From an uncultured Planctomycetia bacterium (GTDB lineage Bacteria > Omnitrophota > Gorgyraeia > 2-02-FULL-51-18): DNA of 64,000 bases. Position 1 is the stretch's first letter; every line of letters begins with the position of its first letter. Under the pieces are notes generated by a model. The model did not search any database. It was not told where the DNA came from and saw only the letters and a program-made list of their open reading frames with translations. Position numbers and translations under genes: made by a program. Of this stretch, positions 1 through 9,487 are shown in pieces. Location of the stretch: assembly GCA_964431835.1 (NCBI GenBank), contig CAYSKO010000001.1, positions 137,743 through 201,742 on the forward strand, in the 5' to 3' direction.

Positions 1-62
1 CGATCGTCGCCAAAAGCCGGAGCGGCGAGGGCGCGACTTTCGTTATCTCGCTTCCGGCGTGA
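1..62 (+). CDS. 3' end of a sensor histidine kinase (partial)
   Basis: Frame reads IVAKSRSGEGATFVISLPA*, a typical HATPase_c C-terminal GxGxTF..LP tail; TGA at 60-62. Confidence 0.75.
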   Translation, partial: IVAKSRSGEGATFVISLPA

Positions 63-83
63 TCCTTTGATAGAATAGGGCCC

Positions 84-893
84 ATGTCCGAATCGATCCC
101 GCAACCCCTCGACCAGATCATGACGAAGCTTGGCCTCTCCAACGCCCAGCTCGTCAACGCTTCGACCGAACAGCTCACTTTCAAGATGGTCCAAAAGGGC
201 CGCCGCGGCCGCAGGCTCACGCCGAACGTCCAGGAGAAGATCCTGAACGCGCTCCACGCCGCCCACCCCGAGCTTCGCTTGCGCCGCCGCGATCTTTTCC
301 GGTACGAGATGAACCCGATCATGGTGGAGACGATCCGGCAATCGCTGGAACTCGCCACGAAAGGGGAAGTCACCTACCCGCAGCTGGTCGATCTATTGGC
401 CGCCGCGGGAATCACGGGATACAAAGCCGAAGTCGGGCCGAACCGCTATACTTTCTACGGAACCGGCGGCGAGGCGCACGTGGAAGAGGGGCCCGCGGTC
501 GTCGAGGGCTCGCTCGGAAGGTACGACGAGACCGCGCTCAAAGCCGTGGTCGCCGTCGCGAAGAAAAAAGTCATCGACCATCCCGAGTTTCTGCGGAAGA
601 TCCACGCGGCGGGAATTTCGGTTTACGACGTGAATATCCGGAAGCGCTTCATCGATTACAAGGGCGAAAAAGACTCGTACCGCGAGAACGTTCCCGTTTA
701 CGTTCCGGAAGCGCCGAAGGCAGCGGAACCCGCGGCCGAAAAGGCCGCACCCAAGGTTTCCGCCAAAAAACCCTCCAAGGCCAAGAAGAAGCGTCCGGGC
801 ATCGTCCGGACGACCCGGAAGCAAAGGCTCACCTTCCGCAGGAAACTTCGAGCTTCGAAAAAAGCGAAGCGTCCGAAGAAGAAGCGGGCGTAG
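84..893 (+). CDS. HTH-like N-terminus + DUF1398-like domain + Lys/Arg-rich tail
   Basis: Duplicated YPQLVDLLAAAGITGY / HPEFLRKIHAAGISVY units resemble DUF1398; very basic C-terminus; TAGAAT 7 nt before ATG. Confidence 0.6.
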   Translation: MSESIPQPLDQIMTKLGLSNAQLVNASTEQLTFKMVQKGRRGRRLTPNVQEKILNALHAAHPELRLRRRDLFRYEMNPIMVETIRQSLELATKGEVTYPQLVDLLAAAGITGYKAEVGPNRYTFYGTGGEAHVEEGPAVVEGSLGRYDETALKAVVAVAKKKVIDHPEFLRKIHAAGISVYDVNIRKRFIDYKGEKDSYRENVPVYVPEAPKAAEPAAEKAAPKVSAKKPSKAKKKRPGIVRTTRKQRLTFRRKLRASKKAKRPKKKRA

Positions 894-959
894 CCGAAGC
901 AGTCCGTTCCTCCGCCGGCAATTCACGCGGGCGGCATTCCGTTTTCCCGAGGATCGCGC

Positions 960-3332
960 ATGGTCGTCCACATAGAAGTGTATTTCCGCAGGCTGAGGCG
1001 AGTCTTCAGCCGGAGCCAGTGGCTCGCGAAGCTGCTTCATCTGCCCGCGGAAAAAGGCGCGCCGACCCGGCCTGGTCTCGTGATGATCCAGATCGACGGC
1101 CTCGGACTCAAGCATCTCGAGCGCGGGATGAAGGAGGGGCGGATGCCTTTTCTTTCAAAGCTCGCCGGCCGCGAAGGATACAAGCTCTACCGTCATTACT
1201 CCGGAGTTCCCTCCAATACACCCGCCGTTCAGGGGGCGCTTTTTTACGGCGTGAAGGCGTGTGTGCCCGCGTTCAGCTTCAAAAAACGCGAGAGCGGCCA
1301 GATCCATATGCTCTTCAATCCCGTTTCGGCCTCGGCCGTGCAAAAATGCCTCGAGGAAAAAACCGGCAAGCCGGGGCTCCTGGACGGCGGCAGCGCTTAC
1401 GGCAACATTTTCACGGGCGGCGCGAAAGAAGCTCATTTCTGCGCCGCGGGGATCGGATGGGGGAGTATGTTGAAAGCGGTGAATCCCCTGGGTTTGCCGC
1501 TGACGATCGTCCTCAATCTCCACGTCGTGGCGCGTGCGATTTTATTCGTAGCGGTGGAATTCGTCATTGCGCTCGTCGACTGCGTGCGCGGCATCGCCGC
1601 GGGCAAAGCGGTCCTCAAAGAACTTGTTTTCATCCCGCTCCGCATGATGGTTTGCGTCCTTTTGCGCGACGCGAGCGCGGAAGGAGCGAAGATCGACGTC
1701 ACGCGCGGCCTCCCGGTCGTGCACGTTAATCTCGCGGGTTTCGACGAGCAGGCGCATCACCGCGGTCCGAGTTCCTCCTTCGCGATGTGGTCTCTCAAGG
1801 GGATCGACGACGTCATCCGCGGAATCCACCGGGCGGCGCTCGAGGCTCCGAACCGCGATTACGACGTTTTTGTCTATTCGGACCACGGGCAGGAAGACGT
1901 GCAGCCATACCGACAGGAATTTGGCCGGAGCATCCAGGAGGCCGTCACCGAAATTTTCAAGGAAAAGATCGAAACCGACAAGTGGCATGTCGACTTCGTC
2001 CGTTCGCCCAAGCGCAACCGCGCGTACCTCATGCGGAACCGCGAGCGCGCCGCGCGCTCTCCGAAGAGCCCCGTGCCACCCCAAAAGGAAGCTGAGAAAA
2101 AAATGCAGGTGATCGTGACGGCGATGGGGCCCGTCGGCCATATTTACCCGCCTGTTCCTCTCACGAAAGACGAAAAAAAGACGCTGGCGCGCGGGCTCGT
2201 GACCGCCGCGAAGATTCCATTCGTCATGACCGCCGCCGAGCCGGGCAAAGCGCTCGCCTGGAACGCCGAGGGCGAATTCACGCTTCCGGAAGACGGCGCG
2301 CGCGTGATCGACAAGGCGCACCCCTTTTTCGAAAACGTCGTGGCCGATCTCGTCGATCTGTGCCATCACGACGACGCCGGCGAGCTTCTTACGTTCGGAT
2401 GGCGCGACAAAGGAAAGCCGCTCACGTTCATGGGGGAGCTCGGCAGCCATGCGGGGCCAGGGATGGTCGAGACCACCGCGTTCGCTCTACTGCCTTCCGA
2501 CGCCCTGCCCCGGCGCAAAAAAGAATGGATCGACACGCTCGACCTACGCGCGGCCGCGGAGCGATCGCTCAAGCGCGACGACGACGGACCGTTCGGCGAA
2601 GAGGGGGACGAGCCGCCGGCGGCTTTCCGTCTTATGACCTACAACGTCCATGGATGTCTGGGGCGCGACGGGAAAATTTCCCCGACGCGCATGGCCCGCA
2701 TCGTGGCCCGCCAGCGGCCCGACGTGGTCTGCCTGCAGGAACTGGACCCGGTGGGAGAAGCGCACCAGGCGGACCTCCTCGCGAAGAAGCTGGGGATGAA
2801 TTTTCATTACTTTTCGCCGTTGAAAGGCGGCCGGCGTCGGAGTCTGGCGGTGCTCAGCCGCCATCCGCTCAAGCTCGTGAAGACCGGTTTTTTGCCTCGC
2901 CTGGCGAACACCGCTCTTTTGGAGCCGCGGGGCGCGATCTGGGTCGAGATCGAACTCGGCGGGAAGAAGATACAGCTCGTGAACACGCACCTCAGCCTCT
3001 CGCCGCATGAAGCGCTGCGTCAGGCGGACGCGCTCGTCGGCGCCGAATGGCTCGGCGGTTTCACCGGGGACGGCCCTCTCATCGTCTGCGGCGATTTCAA
3101 CGCGGAGCCAACCTCCGGCGTCTGCGGTAAAATATGTAAGACGCTGAAAAACGTGCAGGACGGACGGGGTTCGCGCATCAAGACGTTCCCGAGCTATTAC
3201 CCGCTCCGCGCGCTTGACCACGTGTTCGTCGGACCGGGAGTGAAAGCGCTCCACGTTTCCGCGCCTGCCACGGAACTCGAACGACTGGCGTCCGACCACC
3301 TGCCGCTCGTGACTGACTTGGAGATCGAGTGA
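960..3332 (+). CDS. Alkaline-phosphatase-superfamily domain fused to endonuclease/exonuclease/phosphatase (EEP) domain
   Basis: QIDGL, DEQAHH, SDHGQ motifs in the N-part; MTYNVH, LQE, GDFN, LDHVF, SDHLP motifs in the C-part. Confidence 0.85.
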   Translation: MVVHIEVYFRRLRRVFSRSQWLAKLLHLPAEKGAPTRPGLVMIQIDGLGLKHLERGMKEGRMPFLSKLAGREGYKLYRHYSGVPSNTPAVQGALFYGVKACVPAFSFKKRESGQIHMLFNPVSASAVQKCLEEKTGKPGLLDGGSAYGNIFTGGAKEAHFCAAGIGWGSMLKAVNPLGLPLTIVLNLHVVARAILFVAVEFVIALVDCVRGIAAGKAVLKELVFIPLRMMVCVLLRDASAEGAKIDVTRGLPVVHVNLAGFDEQAHHRGPSSSFAMWSLKGIDDVIRGIHRAALEAPNRDYDVFVYSDHGQEDVQPYRQEFGRSIQEAVTEIFKEKIETDKWHVDFVRSPKRNRAYLMRNRERAARSPKSPVPPQKEAEKKMQVIVTAMGPVGHIYPPVPLTKDEKKTLARGLVTAAKIPFVMTAAEPGKALAWNAEGEFTLPEDGARVIDKAHPFFENVVADLVDLCHHDDAGELLTFGWRDKGKPLTFMGELGSHAGPGMVETTAFALLPSDALPRRKKEWIDTLDLRAAAERSLKRDDDGPFGEEGDEPPAAFRLMTYNVHGCLGRDGKISPTRMARIVARQRPDVVCLQELDPVGEAHQADLLAKKLGMNFHYFSPLKGGRRRSLAVLSRHPLKLVKTGFLPRLANTALLEPRGAIWVEIELGGKKIQLVNTHLSLSPHEALRQADALVGAEWLGGFTGDGPLIVCGDFNAEPTSGVCGKICKTLKNVQDGRGSRIKTFPSYYPLRALDHVFVGPGVKALHVSAPATELERLASDHLPLVTDLEIE

Positions 3333-5173
3333 AATCCATGGAAGCCCCCCTCAAATATCCTTACGGACTCATCGGCAACTGCCTGAGCGCGGCCCTCGTC
3401 TCGACCGACGGAAGCGTCGACTGGATGTGCATGCCTTATCTGGATTCCTCGTCCGTCTTTGCGAAGATCCTCGACACGGAAAAAGGAGGCTCGTTCAAGA
3501 TCGAGGGAGTGAACACGGTCCGCACGAGCCAGGAGTACGTGCGCTTCACGCCCATCCTCCGCACGCGTATCGAGACGACCGAAGGCGTCTTCGACGTCTA
3601 CGACTTCATGCCACGCTTCCTTTTGCCGGACGGAAATAATTTCTACTGCCCGTCCGAGATCCAGCGGAGCGTCCGGCTCATCTCGGGAAAGCCGAAGATC
3701 CGTGTCATCCTCGACGCGCGCCCGAATTACGGCGCCAGCGGCGTGCGGGTGGAAAACCACGGCGAGTTCCTGAAGTACGTCACCGACGCCGGTGAATACC
3801 ACAGTTATTACTTCTACACCGACGCCGATTTCGCGAACGTTCTAGAGCGCCGGGAGTTCGAGCTGACGCGCTCGATGTATTTCGTCCTTTCGTACCACCA
3901 GAAGATCCGGCCGTTCAACGCCGACCGCTCCTATGTGGAATTCGAACAGACGAAGAGCCACTGGCTGAGCTGGGCGAGCCGCACGAGCTACCCCGAGCGC
4001 CACCGCGAGCAGATCATCCGGTCGCTCATCACGCTCAAGCTCATGATGTACCAGCGGACCGGCGCGGTCATCGCAGCCCCGACCACCTCGCTTCCCGAGA
4101 TTGCAGGGAAGGACCGTAACTGGGATTACCGCTTCTGCTGGATCCGCGACGCGTCGATGATCATCGAGCTTTTTGCGCGTCTCGGCCACGGAGGCTCCTC
4201 GACCGGCTACATGAATTTCATCCTGGACCGGATGCTTCTTAAGAACGACGGCATCTCGGTTATGTACGGCATCCACGGCGAGAAGGTGCTCACCGAGAAG
4301 ATGCTGATGCATCTCGAGGGGTATCTCGGCTCGAAGCCGGTCCGCATCGGGAACGCCGCGCACACACAGACGCAGAACGACGTGTACGGCGAGCTCATCG
4401 ACGCGATCTACACGTTCTTCGAGGCTCAAGGGGGCGTGGGTTTCCATTTTGACCAAGAGCTTTGGACCGCGGTGCGTTCGCTCGTGAACTTTTCCCGCGC
4501 CACGTGGGAAACGCCCGACAACGGCATCTGGGAGTACCGCGGAGAGGTCCAGCACCACGTTTTTTCCAAGCTTATGAACTGGGTCGCGATGGACCGCGCG
4601 GGCCGGATCGCCCAGAGCATTGGCAAAAAGGCCTACGCCGAGGATTATTTCAAGACGGCCGAGCGCATCCGCGAAGACATCTTGAAGAACGGCTGGAATG
4701 AGAAGGTTCAGGCTTTCACGATGTACTACGGCTCGGACAACGCCGACGCGTCCGTGCTCCTCATGCTCCACTACGGTTTCCTCCCGAAAACCGACCCGCG
4801 CATGATTTCGACGGTGGATTTCTGCTACCGCGAACTTTTGCGCGATGGTGTCGTCATGCGTTACACGGCCTCCGATGACTTCGGCCGGCCGGAGAACGCC
4901 TTCCTCATCTGCACGTTCTGGATGGTGAACGCGCTTTACCTCGTCGGCCGCCAAAAAGAGGCCCGAACGATCTTCGATTCCGCGCTCGCCTCGGCCAACC
5001 ACCTCGGCCTCATGTCGGAGGGGCTTCAGCCCTCGACAGGCCGGCAGGTGGGGAACTTCCCGCAAGGCTACTCGCACATGGCGTTCATCCAATCGGCGAT
5101 GCTTCTCGAGACGGATTACGAATGGGGCTCGATGCGCGAGAAGTACGCGACGGGCCGAACCCGCGAAGAATAG
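3329..5173 (+). CDS. Glycoside hydrolase family 15 (trehalase/glucoamylase-like)
   Basis: YGLIGNC, AAPTTSLPE, NWDYRFCWIRDAS, GIWEYR, GNFPQGYSH motifs. Confidence 0.92.
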   Translation: MKSMEAPLKYPYGLIGNCLSAALVSTDGSVDWMCMPYLDSSSVFAKILDTEKGGSFKIEGVNTVRTSQEYVRFTPILRTRIETTEGVFDVYDFMPRFLLPDGNNFYCPSEIQRSVRLISGKPKIRVILDARPNYGASGVRVENHGEFLKYVTDAGEYHSYYFYTDADFANVLERREFELTRSMYFVLSYHQKIRPFNADRSYVEFEQTKSHWLSWASRTSYPERHREQIIRSLITLKLMMYQRTGAVIAAPTTSLPEIAGKDRNWDYRFCWIRDASMIIELFARLGHGGSSTGYMNFILDRMLLKNDGISVMYGIHGEKVLTEKMLMHLEGYLGSKPVRIGNAAHTQTQNDVYGELIDAIYTFFEAQGGVGFHFDQELWTAVRSLVNFSRATWETPDNGIWEYRGEVQHHVFSKLMNWVAMDRAGRIAQSIGKKAYAEDYFKTAERIREDILKNGWNEKVQAFTMYYGSDNADASVLLMLHYGFLPKTDPRMISTVDFCYRELLRDGVVMRYTASDDFGRPENAFLICTFWMVNALYLVGRQKEARTIFDSALASANHLGLMSEGLQPSTGRQVGNFPQGYSHMAFIQSAMLLETDYEWGSMREKYATGRTREE

Positions 5174-5185
5174 AGCATACCCGCC

Positions 5186-7090
5186 TTGGCCCTCATCAGC
5201 ATCATCGAAGTCTCGCTCGCCCTCGGCGGCCCCCTCCTTTTCGACGGGGTGAGCCTGCAGGTGGAGTCCGGCGAGCGCATCGCTCTCCTCGGCCGCAATG
5301 GGGCCGGCAAGACCACTCTCATGAAGGTCATCGCCGGCGAGATGAAGGTCGACAAGGGCGAGATCGGCTATCAGAAGGGAATCAAGGTCGCGCACCTTCC
5401 GCAAGAGGTACCCACCGGCGTCACCGGCGTCGTGTACGACATCGTCCTCTCAGGGCTTCCGGAACGCGTGAAGCTCCTCGGCGAATTTCACCGCCTCCAT
5501 CACCGCCTCGAGACCGAACACACCGAGCAGCTCATGGGCCAGCTCGACGCGCTTCAGGCCGAGATGGACCGCACGAACGGCTGGGAGACCGAGCGCCAGA
5601 TCGAGGAAGTCCTTTCGCACATGAAGCTCGACCCCGACGCCGCGTTCGAATCGCTCTCCGGCGGTCAAAAAAGAAAAGTTCTCTTGGCTCGTGCGCTGGT
5701 TCTCCGGCCCGAAGTCCTCCTTCTCGACGAACCGACGAACCACCTCGACACCGATTCCATCGAATGGCTCGAAGGCTATCTCAAGGATTACCCCGGCACC
5801 CTCTTTTTCGTCACGCACGACCGCATGTTCATGACGCGTCTGGCGACGAAGATCGTCGAGCTCGACCGGGGCAAGCTCTACGCCTGGACCTGCGACTACC
5901 CGACGTTCCTCGAGCGCAAGAAGCTCGCGCTTCACACCGAGGCGATGGAGTGGGAGAAGTTCGACAAGAAACTCGCCCAGGAAGAAGTCTGGATCCGGCA
6001 GGGCATCAAGGCGCGGCGCACCCGCAATGAGGGCCGCGTGCGGGCGCTCGAGCGCCTGCGCGAAGAAAAGAAATCGCAGCGCCAGCTCATCGGCAAGGTC
6101 CGCATGAAGGCGCAGGAAGCCGAGCGTTCCGGCGCAGTCGTTACGAAAGCCGAGAACGTGTCGGTCGCGTTCGGCGAGAAGCGGCTCGTCCGCGATTTTT
6201 CGATCCGCATTCTCCGCGGGGACCGGATCGGGCTCATCGGCCCCAACGGCTGCGGCAAGACGACGCTCCTACGCACGCTCCTCGGGAAGCTCGAGCCGCA
6301 GTCCGGAACGGTGACGCTCGGCACGAACCTCGAGATATCCTATTACGACCAGCTGCGCGAGCAGCTCGACGAGAACAAATCGGTGACGGAGAACGTGAGC
6401 GGGGAAACCGACACGGTCGTGATCGACGGGCGGCCGCGCCACGTGCTCGGTTACCTGCAGGAATTCCTTTTCTCGCCGGACCGCGCGCGTACGAAGGTGA
6501 GGGTTCTCTCGGGCGGCGAGCGGAACCGGCTCCTTCTGGCACGTCTTTTCACGCGCACGTCGAACCTGCTCGTCATGGACGAGCCCACGAACGACCTGGA
6601 CGTGGAGACGCTCGAGCTCTTGGAAGAACTTCTAGTCTCTTATTCGGGAACGCTGCTCCTGGTCAGCCACGACCGCGCGTTTCTCAACAACGTCGTGACG
6701 TCGACCATCGTGTTCGAAGGAGACGGCGTCGTGTATGAACATCCGGGCGGTTACGACGACTGGCTGAACCGCCGCGAACTCGAGCCGGAGTCGCGAGAGC
6801 CGGAACGGAACGTCGAGAGCGCGCCCAAACGACCGGCTCCCGCGCCTGCCGTCGCCGCGGCGAAGCCCAAGAAGCTTTCCTCCAAGGAGCGCAAAGAACT
6901 CGAAGCGCTTCCGGCGCTCATCGAAAAGCTGGAAGCCGAGCAGGCTCAAATCGTCCAAAAGATGTCGAGCCCCCATTTTTCGATGAAGGACGTGGGAAAG
7001 ATCGCGGAGATCAAAGCGCGCCTGGCGGCACTGACGGAGGAGCTCAAGGCGGCGTACGCCCGCTGGGAAGCCCTGGAGGGTTCCGTATAA
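5186..7090 (+). CDS. uup: ABC-F family ATPase (Uup-like)
   Basis: Two ABC domains (GRNGAGKT/LSGGQ/DEPTNHLD; GPNGCGKT/LSGGE/DEPTNDLD), WIRQGIKARRTRNEGRVRAL linker, C-terminal coiled coil. Confidence 0.88.
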   Translation: MALISIIEVSLALGGPLLFDGVSLQVESGERIALLGRNGAGKTTLMKVIAGEMKVDKGEIGYQKGIKVAHLPQEVPTGVTGVVYDIVLSGLPERVKLLGEFHRLHHRLETEHTEQLMGQLDALQAEMDRTNGWETERQIEEVLSHMKLDPDAAFESLSGGQKRKVLLARALVLRPEVLLLDEPTNHLDTDSIEWLEGYLKDYPGTLFFVTHDRMFMTRLATKIVELDRGKLYAWTCDYPTFLERKKLALHTEAMEWEKFDKKLAQEEVWIRQGIKARRTRNEGRVRALERLREEKKSQRQLIGKVRMKAQEAERSGAVVTKAENVSVAFGEKRLVRDFSIRILRGDRIGLIGPNGCGKTTLLRTLLGKLEPQSGTVTLGTNLEISYYDQLREQLDENKSVTENVSGETDTVVIDGRPRHVLGYLQEFLFSPDRARTKVRVLSGGERNRLLLARLFTRTSNLLVMDEPTNDLDVETLELLEELLVSYSGTLLLVSHDRAFLNNVVTSTIVFEGDGVVYEHPGGYDDWLNRRELEPESREPERNVESAPKRPAPAPAVAAAKPKKLSSKERKELEALPALIEKLEAEQAQIVQKMSSPHFSMKDVGKIAEIKARLAALTEELKAAYARWEALEGSV

Positions 7091-7091
7091 A

Positions 7092-7135
7092 TTAATGTTT
7101 TTTTAATCGGATTCTAATGATTCATCGTTTAGATT
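7092..7135 (+). promoter_or_regulatory. Periodic TAA-box promoter, three-unit copy (katE)
   Basis: TAA at 7093/7104/7115, TAGATT at 7130. Confidence 0.7.
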
Positions 7136-7181
7136 AGTTCTTTCGCACCCTCCCAAGTGTCAGGCTAACCGAAAGAAAACG

Positions 7182-9389
7182 ATGAAAAAATCCGATCGCA
7201 ACAATCCCGGTTCCAAGCCCATCCCCTACCTGAAAGACGCCAAAAAGAAACCGGTCACCAACGACAAGGTGGCGGACCTCCAGAAAAACACTGAAAAAGG
7301 AGTCGAAGATTCCTTTTTAACGACGAATACCGGCCTCCGGATTAACGACGATCAGAACTCGCTCAAAGCTGGGGACCGCGGCCCGTCCCTCCTCGAAGAC
7401 TTTCATTTAAGGGAAAAGATCACTCATTTCGACCACGAGCGCATCCCGGAGCGGATCGTTCATGCCCGGGGATCCGCGGCGCACGGTTTTTTCCAGGTTT
7501 ACGAATCTCTCGCGCCGTTGACCAAGGCGAAATTCCTCCAAGACCCCGCGGCAAAAACCCCGGTCTTCGTCCGCTTTTCGACGGTAGCTGGTTCGCGCGG
7601 CTCGACGGACTTGGCCCGTGACGTGCGCGGCTTCTCGGCCAAGTTTTACACCGAAGAGGGGAATTACGACCTCGTCGGCAACAACATGCCCGTGTTCTTC
7701 ATCCAGGACGCCATGAAGTTCCCGGATCTCGTTCACGCGGTCAAGCCCGAGCCGCATCACGAGATGCCTCAAGCGGCATCCGCCCACGACACCTTCTGGG
7801 ATTTCATCTCCCTGATGCCGGAATCCGCGCACATGGTCATGTGGCTTATGTCCGACCGCGCGATTCCCCGCAGTTACCGGATGATGGAAGGCTTCGGCGT
7901 CCACACCTTCCGCCTGATCAACGAAAAAGGCAAGGCGCGGTTCGTGAAGTTCCATTGGAAACCCGTTCTCGGCCTCCAATCGGTGGTTTGGGACGAGGCT
8001 CAGAAAATTTCCGGAAAAGACCCTGATTTTCACCGGCGGGATCTCTGGGAATCGATCGAGAACGGCGATTATCCGGAATGGGAACTCGGTCTCCAGATCG
8101 TCGAAGAGGAAGACGAGCACAAATTCGATTTCGACCTGTTGGACCCCACCAAGCTCATTCCCGAGGAGCTAGTGCCCGTTCGGCGGGTCGGCAAGCTCAC
8201 GCTGAACCGGAACCCCGACAATTTCTTCGCGGAAACGGAACAGGTGGCGTTTCATCCCGGCCACGTCGTCTCGGGGATCGATTTCTCGAACGACCCCCTT
8301 CTTCAGGGGAGGCTTTTTTCCTATACGGACACGCAGCTCATCCGGCTCGGGGGGCCTAACTTCAACGAGCTTCCGATCAACCGGCCGATCGCCCCGGTGC
8401 ACAACAATCAGCGCGACGGGTTCGGTCGGCAGACGATCAACCCCGGCTCGGTCAGCTACGAGCCAAATTCGATCGGCGGGGGGATGCCCGCCCAGGCGAA
8501 AGCGGCGATGGGCGGTTTCGTCAGCCATATGGAGAAAATAAGCGCGGCGAAGATACGCGGACGGAGCGAAAGCTTCCTGGATCATTTCAGTCAGGCGGCG
8601 CTTTTTTTCAACAGCCAGTCCGAAACGGAAAAAACGCACATGGTCCAGGCGCTCCGCTTCGAACTTGGGAAAGTGGAACGCCCGGAGATCCGGAAGCGGA
8701 TGGTGGGCATTCTTTCGCTCATCGACAAATCCCTCGCCGAACGCGTGGCCAAGGGCCTCGGCATCGAAGTGCCCGTCCCGGAGCAGCCGATCAACCACAG
8801 CGTCCCGGCGGACGCCGATCCGGCGAAACTGCAGCCGAAGCGCGTCAAAAAACAGCAGGCGCCTTCTCCCGCGCTCAGCATCGCCCGCGCTCCAAAGAAG
8901 GGAATCAAGACGCGGAAGGTCGCGTTTCTGGCCGCCGACGGCGTGGACGACGATTCGCTGGAGTCCGTGAAGGAGGCCCTTCTAGCCGAAGGAGCTCTCG
9001 TGAAGATCGTGGCGCCGAGGCTCGGGTTCCTGCGAAGCGCGAAAGGAAAGGAAATAAAGATCGATTTCAGTCTGCTCACGACCGCGTCGGTTCTCTTCGA
9101 CGCGGTGTACGTGCCGGGCGGCGAGAAGAGTGTCACGGCGCTCAAGGAAGAGGCCTCCGCGATCCACTTCGTCAATGAGGCGTACAAGCACTGCAAATCC
9201 GTCGCGGCGGCGGGGGCGGGTCTCAAGCTGATCGAGGCTTCCTTCATTGGCACCGGAAGTGAAGAGGCTGGCGTGGTTTTAAGCGCGGATCCGAAAGCAC
9301 CGAAGCTGGCTAAAGCCTTCGTGAAGGCGATCGAGGAGCAGCGCCACTGGAGCCGGGAAACGAAGGACGAGGTCCCCGTCCCGGCTTGA
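7182..9389 (+). CDS. katE: Large-subunit catalase HPII
   Basis: [35 protein letters not shown] motifs; C-terminal DJ-1/PfpI-like domain. Confidence 0.96.
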   Translation: MKKSDRNNPGSKPIPYLKDAKKKPVTNDKVADLQKNTEKGVEDSFLTTNTGLRINDDQNSLKAGDRGPSLLEDFHLREKITHFDHERIPERIVHARGSAAHGFFQVYESLAPLTKAKFLQDPAAKTPVFVRFSTVAGSRGSTDLARDVRGFSAKFYTEEGNYDLVGNNMPVFFIQDAMKFPDLVHAVKPEPHHEMPQAASAHDTFWDFISLMPESAHMVMWLMSDRAIPRSYRMMEGFGVHTFRLINEKGKARFVKFHWKPVLGLQSVVWDEAQKISGKDPDFHRRDLWESIENGDYPEWELGLQIVEEEDEHKFDFDLLDPTKLIPEELVPVRRVGKLTLNRNPDNFFAETEQVAFHPGHVVSGIDFSNDPLLQGRLFSYTDTQLIRLGGPNFNELPINRPIAPVHNNQRDGFGRQTINPGSVSYEPNSIGGGMPAQAKAAMGGFVSHMEKISAAKIRGRSESFLDHFSQAALFFNSQSETEKTHMVQALRFELGKVERPEIRKRMVGILSLIDKSLAERVAKGLGIEVPVPEQPINHSVPADADPAKLQPKRVKKQQAPSPALSIARAPKKGIKTRKVAFLAADGVDDDSLESVKEALLAEGALVKIVAPRLGFLRSAKGKEIKIDFSLLTTASVLFDAVYVPGGEKSVTALKEEASAIHFVNEAYKHCKSVAAAGAGLKLIEASFIGTGSEEAGVVLSADPKAPKLAKAFVKAIEEQRHWSRETKDEVPVPA

Positions 9390-9404
9390 GGTCTTTTTTA
9401 ATTT

Positions 9405-9449
9405 TTAATGTATTTCTAATCTATTTCTAATCCTTCTCTGCCATACTAT
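9405..9449 (+). promoter_or_regulatory. Periodic TAA-box promoter, three-unit copy (beta-propeller 1)
   Basis: TAA at 9406/9417/9428; CATACT at 9442 or TACTAT at 9444. Confidence 0.65.
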
Positions 9450-9487
9450 TCGTTCTTTAGCGTTCGCTTACTATTAACAGCAGCGGG

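Noticed and set aside
3842-5404. Long antisense ORFs (also 9956-11416 and others)
   Set aside because: Typical stop-poor shadow frames of high-GC coding DNA with no protein motifs.
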